NCBI GenBank assembly: GCA_951406725.2 | Contig: OX597817.1 | Location: 105,710,001 to 105,774,000 of the forward strand | Direction: 5' to 3' | Length of the DNA stretch: 64,000 nt | Source of the DNA: Octopus vulgaris | Taxonomy: Eukaryota | Shown: positions 52,695-64,000 of the stretch, piece after piece | Layout of the letters: each line of letters starts with the position of its first letter | Numbering within the stretch: the first letter of the stretch is position 1 | Position numbers and translations under genes: made by a program | The notes under the pieces: generated by a model | Told to the model about the DNA's origin: nothing | The model's database searches: none | What the model saw: only the letters and a program-made list of their open reading frames with translations

Positions 52695-53442
52695 TGTAGT
52701 GGATCTTGCAGGCAATAAGTGGATTCGATCCACCGTGGCCAAATTAAAATTAACAGTTCAACAGAACTTTTCTCACGGTAAAACAATAGTTTTTCTGTGA
52801 CAGCAGTTTTACATTTACCGGCTTGCCTTAGCTAGGCCGAAATAATATCTTCACCACTTGACCTTACTAACCTCTTCTACATCACCAAAAGCTAGAATAG
52901 AATATCACAGTACCACCAGGGAAGCCCATTGTTCTCAACGATATGTCTATCCTTCTGAATAGTTATAAAAACAAAGAACTCCCAAGCAAAAATCAGTTAG
53001 TCACTTAGTAACGACTCAGTTAGTGAGAACGGAGACTGGGTGACCGGCTGAACAAAACGCCATCTCAGAAGAGAAGGGCAAAAAGAACAACTATGGTATC
53101 TCGCCAACGAAGCAGTTATTTCGTCCCGCATCCTCTCACTCTCACTAGCTTACAACATCACTCTATCTCTTTCTGTGGATTACTGCTAAGATAATGTGTA
53201 CACAAACTTTACAAGGAAAATCTACGACATCTATGTTTACTTCGCATGCTTTACGATTTCATTCACCTGCTCGTCGAGGCAATGTATATTCGATGTAACG
53301 GCAAATAAATATTTTCTTCATAACTTCAACCACTGTTCTTTCATCTTTACATAATGGCAATCAACAAAGAACCAATCCTTATAAACTGATTACGACTCCG
53401 ACATTTCATATTATTGTTTACTAATTAATACCTTCTGTTACA
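52695..53442 (+). mobile_element. Gypsy-like LTR followed by a PBS-like sequence
   Basis: TGTAGTGG...TGTTACA with internal TATAAAA and AATAAA, then ACT-TGGTGACTC; homologous to 28018-28773. Confidence 0.8.
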
Positions 53443-54189
53443 ACTTGGTGACTCAACCGATGCAAAATAAATCTTAATCATTACATATATATCAGCCAAA
53501 AGAAGGAAAAGAAATCGACTATAAGTTATGTTGTTGTTTTAAATCTGTTGACCGATTTAATACCATTGCTTGACAGATTGGTGGCGTCAGGCAATGATGC
53601 TAATGCTTGCAACATAGTGGAATCTGCTAAAGACCCCTTGTTGCCTTTAACGGAGTCCACTATGTTGCAAGCGTTCGGGCCTGGTTTCGGGTTAGAGGCT
53701 ACCTTCCTCCCTTCCTCCTACCGATCTCGGAGCTTCTTCCCGACTAAAGCATAAAAAATAATGGCAATTCAGCTATCATCAAACAGGCCTAGAATCAAAA
53801 CCATCCCGCTGTAATCATACCTTTTTTTTTTCAGAAAAAAACTGTATTCAGGACCACATTAGCCAGTATATCCTTTTCCCCTTTAAGAGGGTAAAATATG
53901 ACTTGAGGGCGATTTGACTACTGTTTCCAGCAAGTGCAGCGATCACGTAGAAGCTGCTACGTTGGCTCAACAACTAGTTATTCATTCCAATGGAACAATA
54001 AAACCCAATAAGACACTTTATCAGGGTTGTGTTTCAGAAATTATTCTTACAAAGAGCGAAGCTTAATCAATTTATGAGTTGGGCAATTGTCTACCACTTC
54101 ACAGATTTCCGATATATTATACTAAATCTTGTATGGAAAGGATGGTAAATTTGCCCGCTGAACCTTTAATTGACTTAGATTTCTAATAG

Positions 54190-55075
54190 CATCAAAACAA
54201 GATAGAACATCAACAACAGTGCTTCAAAAAACACGGACAGTACAAAATATCAAAATTGCAATCTGCCATCTATAATACTCATCTAACTATTCTTGAATTG
54301 TATTTGTTAGAGAAAAAGAATAATATTGATCTTTGGTCAGTTATAATTGGGAATTTTGGAACCGTTCGTAAGATAAATCACAAGTGCATTGTGGTTTCTA
54401 TTGTAGCAGCTGCTTCCTTTTCTATTATTGATTAATTTCGCTCAGTTGCAGAGAAGGATTTTGAATAAAGAAGCAATTGCTTTATCTTCTTGACTTAGAG
54501 TAGCTTCTTGTGCTTCGCCCGACACATTTATTTCAAGGATTATTATTGGATCATTTAAATCTGGGTCAGCTAAGGCATCTTTAATTAATTGGAACTCTGC
54601 CTCGTAAATTGTACCATGTTAATCTTACAATAATTGTGTTTATTCTGGCAAAGAATCTTTATAAACTGATCGTCTATTACGTTTGGCCATTTTAATTATC
54701 ACAAAGTACTTTAACAGATTTTTATGTGTGTATGTATCAGTATTCTTTTCTCTATGTTCTGTATGAATAGAACATTAGTTCTAGGAAAATTAGTTCTACC
54801 GCATCTTAAACTACTTTGCTCATTTATAAAAGAGCTGCATTTCATTAGATACAGTTTTTGCTTGATCACAAATAATAATGTTGTTGAATGAGTCAAAGTA
54901 CCAGGATGGTAACTCTTTAATAATAAGAACAGAGGTGATACCATCAAAAGACAAATGTCAAAACTCAGTTTACTATAAGTTCCAACAGAAGTCGAAGATG
55001 TATCTCTTTGTCTGGGTGATACTTGATGATAGGCACTATTCATATTTATTGTGCTACGTTTGGACTCTCGAGACT
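54190..55075 (-). pseudogene. Decayed Gypsy pol (RT and RNase H)
   Basis: NMNSAYHQV; EAEFQLIKDAL..ATLSQEDKAIA..SKSFSATERN*SIIEKEAAA..IITDQRS..RIVR*..FDILY. Confidence 0.8.
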
Positions 55076-55623
55076 TAAACATTTAATTTAGCGTATCTGT
55101 TAATATTTCAGTTTACTATTGACCATAAAGCACAGAATTCACTATGGACGTTTGGAATGTTCTGCTATACCCTTATCTAGTATATATATTTTTTATAGCT
55201 AAGTTTGGAAAAGAGGCAGTGCTCGTAATAGTTGGAGGGCCTGAAGGGTTCTAACGAGAACTTATACCCTAGGGTAAGGCTTCAATTATGCAAGGGTGGA
55301 GCAGGCATTTAACTTCGCAAGGCGTTATATACCAGCATACAAAAAGTATCTACCTAATACACTTTTGAATAAAGCATTTTTGCAATCAAACACCTTTGAA
55401 TTTCCGTAATGGATTTTCCCTCAAAGCTACGTCTGCGATGGGCCAACAGTTGTGAACTTTGCATAGTTTACCATTGTAATTATACGCTTATGAAATGGAT
55501 ATGGAATAAGGTTCTACTGCTTAAATTTAGACCACCTTTGACTGATCAATTGCTTTACAATCGAAGGTTCCTCACTCATGCACCGTAGCCATGAAGGTTC
55601 CTTAACATTTTGCATTATTTTAA

Positions 55624-56900
55624 GGCGGCGAGCTGGCAGAAACGTTAGCACGTCGGGCGAAATGCTTAACGGTATTTCGTCTGCTGTTACGTTCTGAGTT
55701 CAAATTCCGCCGAGGTCGACTTTGCCTTTCATCTTTCGGGGTCGATTAAATAAGTACCAGTTACACGCTGGGATCGATATAATCGACTTAATCCGTTTGT
55801 CTGTCCTTGTTCGGCCCCTCTGTGTTTAGCCCTTGTGGGTAGTAAAGAAATAGGTACTTAAAGGCGGCAAGCTGGCAGAAACGTTAGTACGCTGGACTAA
55901 ACGCTGAGCGGTATTTCGTCTGTCGCTACGTTCTGAGTTCAAATTCCGCCGAGGTCGACTTTGCCTTTCATCCTTTCGGGGTCGATTAAATAAGTACCAG
56001 TTATGCACTGGGGTTGATATAATCGACTTAATCCGTTTGTCTGTCCTTGTTTGTCCCCTCTGTTTACCCCCTTGTGGGTAGTAAGGAAATCGGTATTTCG
56101 TCTGCCGTTACGTTCTGAGTTCAAATTCCGCCGAGGTCGACTTTGCCTTTCATCTTTCGGGGTCGATTAAATAAGTACCAGTTACACACTGGGATCGATA
56201 TAATCGACTTAATCCGTTTGTCTGTCCTTGTTCGGCCCCTCTGTGTTTAGCCCCTTGTGGGTAGTAAAGAAATAGGTACTTAAAGGCGGCAAGCTGGCAG
56301 AAACGTTAGTACGCTGGACTAAACGCTGAGCGGTATTTCGTCTGTCGCTACGTTCTGAGTTCAAATTCCGCCGAGGTCGACTTTGCCTTTCATCCTTTCG
56401 GGGTCGATTAAATAAGTACCAGTTATGCACTGGGGTTGATATAATCGACTTAATCCGTTTGTCTGTCCTTGTTTGTCCCCTCTGTTTACCCCCTTGTGGG
56501 TAGTAAAGAAATCGGTATTTCGTCTGCCGTTACGTTCTGAGTTCAAATTCCGCCGAGGTCGACTTTGTCTTTCATCCTTTCGGGGTCGATACATTAAGTA
56601 CCAGTTACGAACTGGGGTCGATATAATCGACTCAATCCCTTTGTCTGTCCTTGTTTGTCCCCTCTATGTTTAGCCCCTTGTGGGTAATAAAGAAATAAGA
56701 AACGTTACTGGGCCGGGGAAAATGTTTAGCGGTATTTCTTCCGACTTAACGTTCTGGGTTCAAATGCCGCCAAGGTCGATTTTGCCTTCTATCCCTTTTG
56801 GGGGCCGATAAAATAAGTACTACTTGAGCACTGAGATAAATGTAATCGACTCACCTTCTATCTCGAAATTGTTGGCCTTGTGCCAAAATTTGAAACCAAT
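55624..56900 (+). repeat. Tandem array of six SINE family A units
   Basis: Units start near 55624, 55863, 56092, 56285, 56514 and 56699; includes a ~421-bp higher-order duplication. Confidence 0.92.
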
Positions 56901-58252
56901 ATTTCTAATTTTCAAGATTTGAGAATTAAAGCTTGCGAGGCGATACTCTGCAGTAGAGACACAACTCCTTTTTACCTGAGTGAACTGAAGCAATCGGAAA
57001 TGAAGTCCAAGCACATAACGCACATTCTAGTCCATGAATCGAACTCACGATTTCTGTTAAATTGATCAACACCACAGAAGTTGACATGATAATATAATTG
57101 CTGATTTGGCTGATGTACCTCATTTCTAAATGTTTCAATTTTAGCTTTAATCACTACGAGAAGGATTTATTTGATTAGCAGAGAAAATACAAATAACAAA
57201 AAAAAAACCCCCAAAAAACTCAAGTCTTCAGGTTTCCACATCATTATAAGAGACCCAAATGATAGATAAATTTCTTACAAAATTTTTACTGTCCCCAGCA
57301 TATCTACTGCTGTCACCAAAATGATGTAACTTTTGTAGTCAGACATTGAAGTCATAAACTGAATAAAATTATGAAGCATCATAATTTGTAAGCTTTTATT
57401 CAATATAAAGTGTTAACTTTGTTATCCTAAATAAAGTAGATTGCGGTGCAATCGGAAACGAAACTTTTGCAACGGAAAATAAAACATTAACATATTCAAC
57501 AGCATAATACTGGGATGAAATATTTCTACTAGATAAAATGTGCGACTACTGACATAATGGTGCAAGTATTTCTTAATCGCATTCTTAATCGAAAAATGGA
57601 ATAAGCCGTGTCTGTAATGCCTTCAGGTAAAACGGCAGCGAATTAAGTATAAAGTTGAAAGCTGTCTGTAGTGGAAGGACGTAGTGAGTGAAGAAATTTA
57701 AATTGTTTATAATTGAGAATCACAGTAAGTTCCTCCAATATTTTATTTACTCCTCACGTCACTACAGAAACGAAAGTGATAGCATTCAGAACTTTTAATA
57801 TATTTTTTAAGTAACCAACACAAGTATATCACTTCATTTTCCGCTTTAAATGTTTCTTGTCTATATCGTGTTGAGAAAACAATACTTTAAGTCAATAACA
57901 ATATGGTTGAGAAGAAAAAAAAAACATCAGTAAAGCGTTCAGAATACTAAATACAAATACGCTGGGGCCTCACATATGTAGTGGAAAAATATTGGTTAGC
58001 AACACAGGCAGTATCAATACCGAGGGGTGAATATTTACCCCCACTTAAACATGAATGTTCTGTTAGAACAAGTTATACTTTATTATTTAGTACAAAATGC
58101 ACTCTCGTTTATATGGTTTGCTGATAGATAAACTCTCGCCATCTCCAGTACTGAGACTCTGCTAGCGATATAAACAAGTGTGTATTTTTCATCAAAAAGT
58201 CAATATGATGGTTCCTCTCATGATAACTATAATAATAATAATAATCATAAAT

Positions 58253-58753
58253 GCGCCCTTTTAGAGCCTAGCCAGGATCATGGGCACGGTTTCCCGGTTT
58301 CTATGGCGTATGAGTTCCCCAGCTGGACGGGACGCCAGTCCATGGCAGCGTTACTCATTTTTGCCAGCTGAGTGGACTGGAGCAACGTGAAATGAAGTGT
58401 CTTGCTCAAGAACACAACGCGTCACCCGGTCCAGGAATCGAAACCACAATCTTACAATCGTGATGCTGACACCCTAACTACTAAGCCATGCACCTCCACA
58501 AATAAATACGCCCTTTTTTAAAGCCTAGCCAAGCTCATGGGCCCGGTTTCCCGGTTTCTATGGCGTATGTGTTCCCAGCTGGACGGGACGCCAGTCCATG
58601 GCAGCGTTAATCATTTTTGCCAGCTGAGTGGACTGGAGCAACGTGAAGTGAAGTGTCTTGCTCAAGAACACAACGCGTCATCCGGTCCAGGAATCGAAAC
58701 CACAATCTTACAATCATGATGCTGACACCCTAACCACTAAGCGACGCGCCTTC
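58253..58753 (-). mobile_element. Head-to-tail dimer of a family C SINE
   Basis: Two ~245-bp copies, an (AAT)n tail, and an imperfect CTCTCATGATAACTA/CTCTTACGATAACTA flanking repeat. Confidence 0.85.
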
Positions 58754-59155
58754 ACTCTTACGATAACTACTGCAATATAATTTGTTCTAATAGAAAATCC
58801 CTGTTTAAGTCGAGATAAATTTTACCTCTCGGTAATATAGCGGGTTTAGAAATTAAATCAAGTGAAATTATCAACAAAAGTAGAAGACCAAAGCTTCCTC
58901 TGTGGAAGGTGAAAATCTAAAACAACAATCAAGAGAGATAAATCCAATGAATTTAGGGAACTGAAATTTTTGAAAAATATAGACAGTACGGATGAGAATG
59001 AATCTGGTCTTTAAAGCCGACCGCTACTCGCGGTCAGCTTTAAAGATAACTTAACAAAAACTATATAGGATTACTTAATGCACAAGTTTCTATGTGCATG
59101 CCGGGAGTAGAACTAAACCTGGAACATTATTTTATCAATATTTTGCCTTTTCTAA

Positions 59156-59555
59156 GGCGGCGAGCTGGCAGAAACGTTAGCACGCCGGGCGAAATGCGTA
59201 GCCGTATTTCGTCTGCCGTTACGTTCTGAGCTCAAATTCCGCTGAGGTCGACTTTGCCTTTCATCCTTTCGGGGTCGATAAATTAAGTACCAGTTACGCA
59301 CTGGGGGGCTCGATGTAATCGACTTAATCTGTTTGTTTGTCCTTGTTTGTCCTCTCTGTGTTTAGCCCCTTGTGTGTAGTAAAGAAATAGGTATTTTGTC
59401 TGTCTTTACGTTCTGAGTTCAAATTCCACCGAGGTCGACTTTGCTTTTCGGGGTCGATAAATTAAGTACCAGTTGCGTCCTGGGGTCTATCAAATCGACT
59501 GCCCCCCAACCAAAAAAAATAATAATTTCGGGACTTGTACTTAGAGCAGAAAAGA
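59156..59555 (+). mobile_element. SINE family A dimer
   Basis: Full head; second unit restarts at GGTATTTTGTC (~59390). Confidence 0.9.
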
Positions 59556-60269
59556 ATATTTTGCTTGTCTGCCTTAGTGTATCCTTATATTTTCAAGGGT
59601 TTCTTTTTTTTTTTTAAATATAATAAAATCCACGCGTCAAAAAGAAAAAAGAAATGGAGGTAGAAAATGGTTAGAACGTTAGAGTGTAGGATAAAATAAC
59701 TTGTGCTGGCTGTCTGCTTGCTGTAAGTTCAAATCTTATAGAAGTCAAGTTTGCTTTTCATTTTTTCCTTCAAGATCAGTAAAACAAAGTACCCCTACAG
59801 GGCGGCGGATTGGCGGAATTGTTTAAACATCGGAAGATAAACCTCATGCTGTTTGTAGTGACCCTGTATTATGAGTTCTTGTTGGTTTTAGAATAGCTTT
59901 AATCCATCACCCCTTCTCTTGCAAGCATTCGGTCAAAGTGTCCGGTTTGAGATTACTCTTTCTCACACTAACCGTGTAAACTTTGTAAACTAACCTTGTA
60001 AACTTTGAAAACGTTTTCAGTGATGATTCCATTCGCTCCCTAAATGGTAAAATGCAAGTGAGAAGCTTTTTTATGTTTAAGTGAAATGAGTTCTAGCTAT
60101 AGCCGAGTAGTTAAGAAATTTTACGATCATGAACTCCCAGCTTCGATTCAACTAAATACCAACTTAGGCTAATGTATTTTATATAACCTCGAGTTGACCC
60201 ATGCCTTGAGAGTGAAACTGGGTAGACGGAAACTAATGTGAAAGACCGTTAAGTAGACTGCACTTCAAA

Positions 60270-60660
60270 TTGTTTCAAATTTTGGTACACAGCCGACAAT
60301 ATTTTAGGGGAAGGGAGTTACATCGACTCCATTACTTGATGGATACTTTATTTTATCAACTTCGGAAGGATGGAAGGTAAAGTTGACCTCGGCGGTATTT
60401 GAACTCAGAACGTAAAGAACTAAAAGAAATGCTTAATTCTTTATTACCCACAAGGGGCCAAACACAAAGGAGACAAACAAGGACAGACAAACGGATTAAG
60501 TCGATTACATCGACCCCAGTGCTTAACTGGTACTTAATTTATCGACCCCGAAAGAATGAAAGGCTAAGTCGACCTCGGCGGAATTTGAGCTCAGAACGTA
60601 ACGACAGACGAAATGCCGCTAAGCATTTTGTCCGGCGTGCTGACGTTTCTGCCAACTCGA
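60270..60660 (-). mobile_element. Two SINE family A copies
   Basis: Reverse complement of consensus. Confidence 0.8.
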
Positions 60661-61439
60661 CTGTTATCAAAGCGTTCAGCCATGTCACATATCACGCAGA
60701 CTCATAATTACGTTAAGAATAAGCATGCCTGTAGAATACACAACCACTAAAGCATAAAATTTAACGCATGGGTAGTTCGAACTTCTAAATACTCATCGCC
60801 GATAAATTTTATATTTATGTACAAAAGTATCTTTCTTTTTAATTCTTTTTCATTTCACTTGCATTCCTCCTATAAAGAAATAACGGGTTTCTAAAACAAA
60901 TAATGCTCCATCGCTGGAACGTAGATAACAAAAGCGATGAGTTGTTACATGTTCAAGTTTAGATTTTTTACTGTTATGCTTACAGATTATATTTACAAAG
61001 TGCGTGCTCGCTAGTTAGTTTCTTTTCCTGCAAACGCTAGTATTGAAGCGTAAACGAGAAAACCAGATCTATTGATATATATATGGCAGTATCTTCCTCC
61101 CTCTCTTTGTCTCTCAGTCTGTCTGTCTATCTCTGTCTCTCTGTCTCTCTCTCGCTTTTACGCTCGCTCTGTCCATTCCCCTAAAAAAGGTAAGAGCTCT
61201 GATATTATTGATTCTTCCCTTGATTACTATTTCCAACCAGAGTGTTGTTGTTACCCGTCATATGTTACATAATACTGAGAACACTTATCACTGTTGTTAG
61301 CATCAGTTAATGTTTCTTTTGTAATTGTTTAATATAACATTTCTGTTCTTGATAACATGTATTTATTGAAAATATACAAATGAGAAATTTGTTTAATTTA
61401 ATTCAATTTTAATGTAATAAATATCTTCTAAACTCTATT

Positions 61440-61872
61440 TGCTTCAGTCATTAGACTGCAGCCATGCTGGGGCACCACTCTGAATAATCTTCAGTCGAAT
61501 GAATCGACCCCTGTACTTAATTTTGTTAAGTCTCATACTTATTCTGTCGTTCTATTTTGACGAGCCGTTACGTTACAAGAACGTAAACACACCAACATCG
61601 GTTGTCAAGCGGTGGTGGGGGACAGAAGCTGACACAAACAAACATAACACACACACGTGCACACACGCACGCACGCACGCACACGCACGCACGCACGCAC
61701 ACGCACGCACGCACACATATACGACGGGCTTCTTTCAGTTTCCGTCTGCCAAATCCACTCACAAGGCTATGGTCAGCCGGACGCTATAGCAGAAGACACT
61801 CGTCCAAGGTGTCACGCAGTGGGGCTGAACCCGGAACCATGTTGTTGGAAAACAAACTTCTTACCACACAGC
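61440..61872 (-). mobile_element. SINE family B
   Basis: Reverse complement of consensus with an internal (GCAC)n tract. Confidence 0.8.
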
Positions 61873-63339
61873 GTCTGAAAATATATATCCACTTCATTAG
61901 TATTCATTCACCCTAAAATTTGAGAAAAATTAAATTATAATCTTAGAACTATTGCATTTCTAAATCTCTCAGAGAGACTTATGCAGTAGCAGCACGTAAA
62001 GTGATGGTTTGTTGCCAACTTAACGTGGCAGTCCCAGGAAAGGGAAGAATGCTACTGCTATTTAACCCTAGGAAACATCGTTTCCAGTTGGCTACGTGAC
62101 ACAAGCGTTCTGTGTCCTTAAGTTTTTAAACAGAGGAGATATATTATAATCATTATACATATAATCCTTATACGTGCGTAGCATTATCTGATATTACCCA
62201 CAATGGCAAAAGTATATTCCCAATAGTATCCGACATATGACACGTGTACACTCTTGATATAATCTTTATTCAGATAAAGAGATATTAAATTCTGAAGAAA
62301 AGGTAATGATAGTTGCTTGAATTCGGGAACTTTACAGTTGCCCTGTTTGCCGGTGTATAAGATTCGCTCTAACAGAAGACAAGCCCTTACATTTCTGTGG
62401 AAAAAAAAAAAAGTATATATAGCGGCAAAAAACTAATTTAGTACGTTTCATAATACACTCTTACGCGCATACACTCAGTATCTCATCCATAATACGGTCG
62501 CATTAGACGTATAGCAAGGTTTTGTTACATTTAAGAATGCACATCTTATACACCAGCATATATTGCATGTGAACTCGAACAAATGAGAATGTGAAAACAG
62601 AACATGAAACAACAATGACTCTAGGAACAAATGGTCGCTTCTGAATGGCATGGTGGAATGATTTTACTTTTTTTCATATAAGTGAGAATATTTAGTTGTG
62701 TGTGTGTGTGGGGGGGGGAGCAAAGTAAATTCAAGTGGGGTTGAGAATAAATTAGAGTTTGACACTTTGGTGACATTATATTCAAAGAGGGATTCCATTA
62801 ACGCTTTATTCAAAACACAAGATGGATTTTTTTCTGAAGCCAGCCGCAATTTCAGTGACAGGCTTGACATTAATGGTTCCTGTGATTTTAGGAATGTCTC
62901 TGAAATGTTATGTAATATATTCATTCTTTACCAACACATAATACTACAAATTTACGTATTATTATGTATGTATTCATATGTATGCCTTTTGTATGTATAG
63001 TTGTATTTATTTATGTGTGTATGCATACTTGTATGCGTGTAGCCATTTATGTACGTACATATCTCTATATATTTATGAATGTGTGTGTATACGTGTGTGT
63101 TTGTGTGTACATACATACATATATACATACATACATACATATATACATGTATGTATATGAGTAGGTAGGTATGTACTAGAAGTTCTCCCAAACTTAGGAG
63201 GTTTATCTTCATCAGGAGGGGTGTGGTGCACGCCCAGTCCGTCCTGAGTCTTGCTAAACTTCGGTTTCTAGTCGATCCACATATCTCAAATCCACCGTCG
63301 CTGCCCTTATGGACATACATACGTCCCAGTGAAAACCTC

Positions 63340-63635
63340 AATAAAGGTCATAGAGGTCAGCTGTCCTGCTGATGTGAATATCTCTTTAAAAATCAAAGAG
63401 AAAGAAGATAACTTTGGCCAACTGCTTCGAAAACCCCAGCTTCTATATCCGGATTGCAAATTTACATTTATACCAATAATAATGGAGCACTTGGTTTTGT
63501 AAGTAAATGCCTAACTATCAGTCTGGATAAACTTCGATTTTTCAGAAGAAATCAACCAAGTGACTCGCACATTACAAATACAATCTAAGCGGTACAGTCA
63601 AACTACGCAAGACTTTTCTCAGGTTTAAAATATGA
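63340..63635 (+). mobile_element. R4-like LINE restriction-like endonuclease C-terminal fragment
   Basis: KVIEVSCPADVNISLKIKEKEDNFGQLLR..LYPDCKFTFIPII/GALG..SGTVKLRKTFLRFKI*. Confidence 0.75.
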
Positions 63636-63770
63636 CATCGTTTTCGTTATCTACATTCGGACGATGAAGCTTTGTACATTTGTTAGAAACCAGCTACTTC
63701 TTCAAAGGAAGATTTTAAATGATTATAAACAAAAAAGAACACACATAATATATATGTTTATATATATATA

Positions 63771-63896
63771 TATTTTATAGAAGGAGCTTCTACAGGACTA
63801 GAACTGTTTCATTCAAATGAAATCATCATCTAGCTTCCTGATGATTTCATTTGAATGAAACAGTTCTAGTCCTGTAGAAGCTCCTTCTATAAAATA
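63771..63896. repeat. Perfect 58-bp-arm inverted repeat overlapping the hammerhead
   Basis: Arms 63771-63828 and 63839-63896, loop TCTAGCTTCC; (AT)n on both sides. Confidence 0.97.
63832..63882 (+). ncRNA. Type I hammerhead ribozyme in a short PLE-like element
   Basis: Stem I AGCTTC/GAAGCT; CTGATGA; short stem II TTC/GAA; GAAA; stem III CAG/CTG with 8-nt loop; GUA triplet. Confidence 0.85.
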
Positions 63897-64000
63897 AATT
63901 AATTTACTCTGCTATGTATTGAGTACCTTATTTACTGTGGTTAACCCCGACTCAACCCGGGACCTACATATATATATATATATAAACTGAAGGATTACGA

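Noticed and set aside
55624-56900. CRISPR-like or tRNA gene array
   Set aside because: Units are ~190-240-bp SINE copies with no unique spacers, and the heads do not form complete tRNAs.

Overview
AT-rich, microsatellite-dense eukaryotic DNA with no intact protein-coding gene. The SINE and microsatellite make-up suggests an octopus-like (coleoid cephalopod) intronic or intergenic region; this is inference. Most of the ORF track is translated simple repeat. The window holds many copies of three tRNA-derived SINE groups and decayed transposons: pogo/Tigger, mariner, hAT, a piggyBac-like MITE, two copies of a Gypsy LTR plus a pol remnant, and RTE, CRE and R4/Dong LINE fragments. The most interesting signal is a set of Penelope-like elements (PLEs) sitting in (AT)n and (CA)n microsatellites. 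They include two types of GIY-YIG endonuclease and three foldable type I hammerhead ribozymes (29185-29291, 30268-30350, 63832-63882), one of which is covered by a perfect 58-bp antisense arm. Several decayed hammerheads are also present. A (TAA)n tract hosts a Dong/R4-like nest. All assignments come from reading motifs by eye; no database searches were run, and boundaries of decayed elements are approximate.
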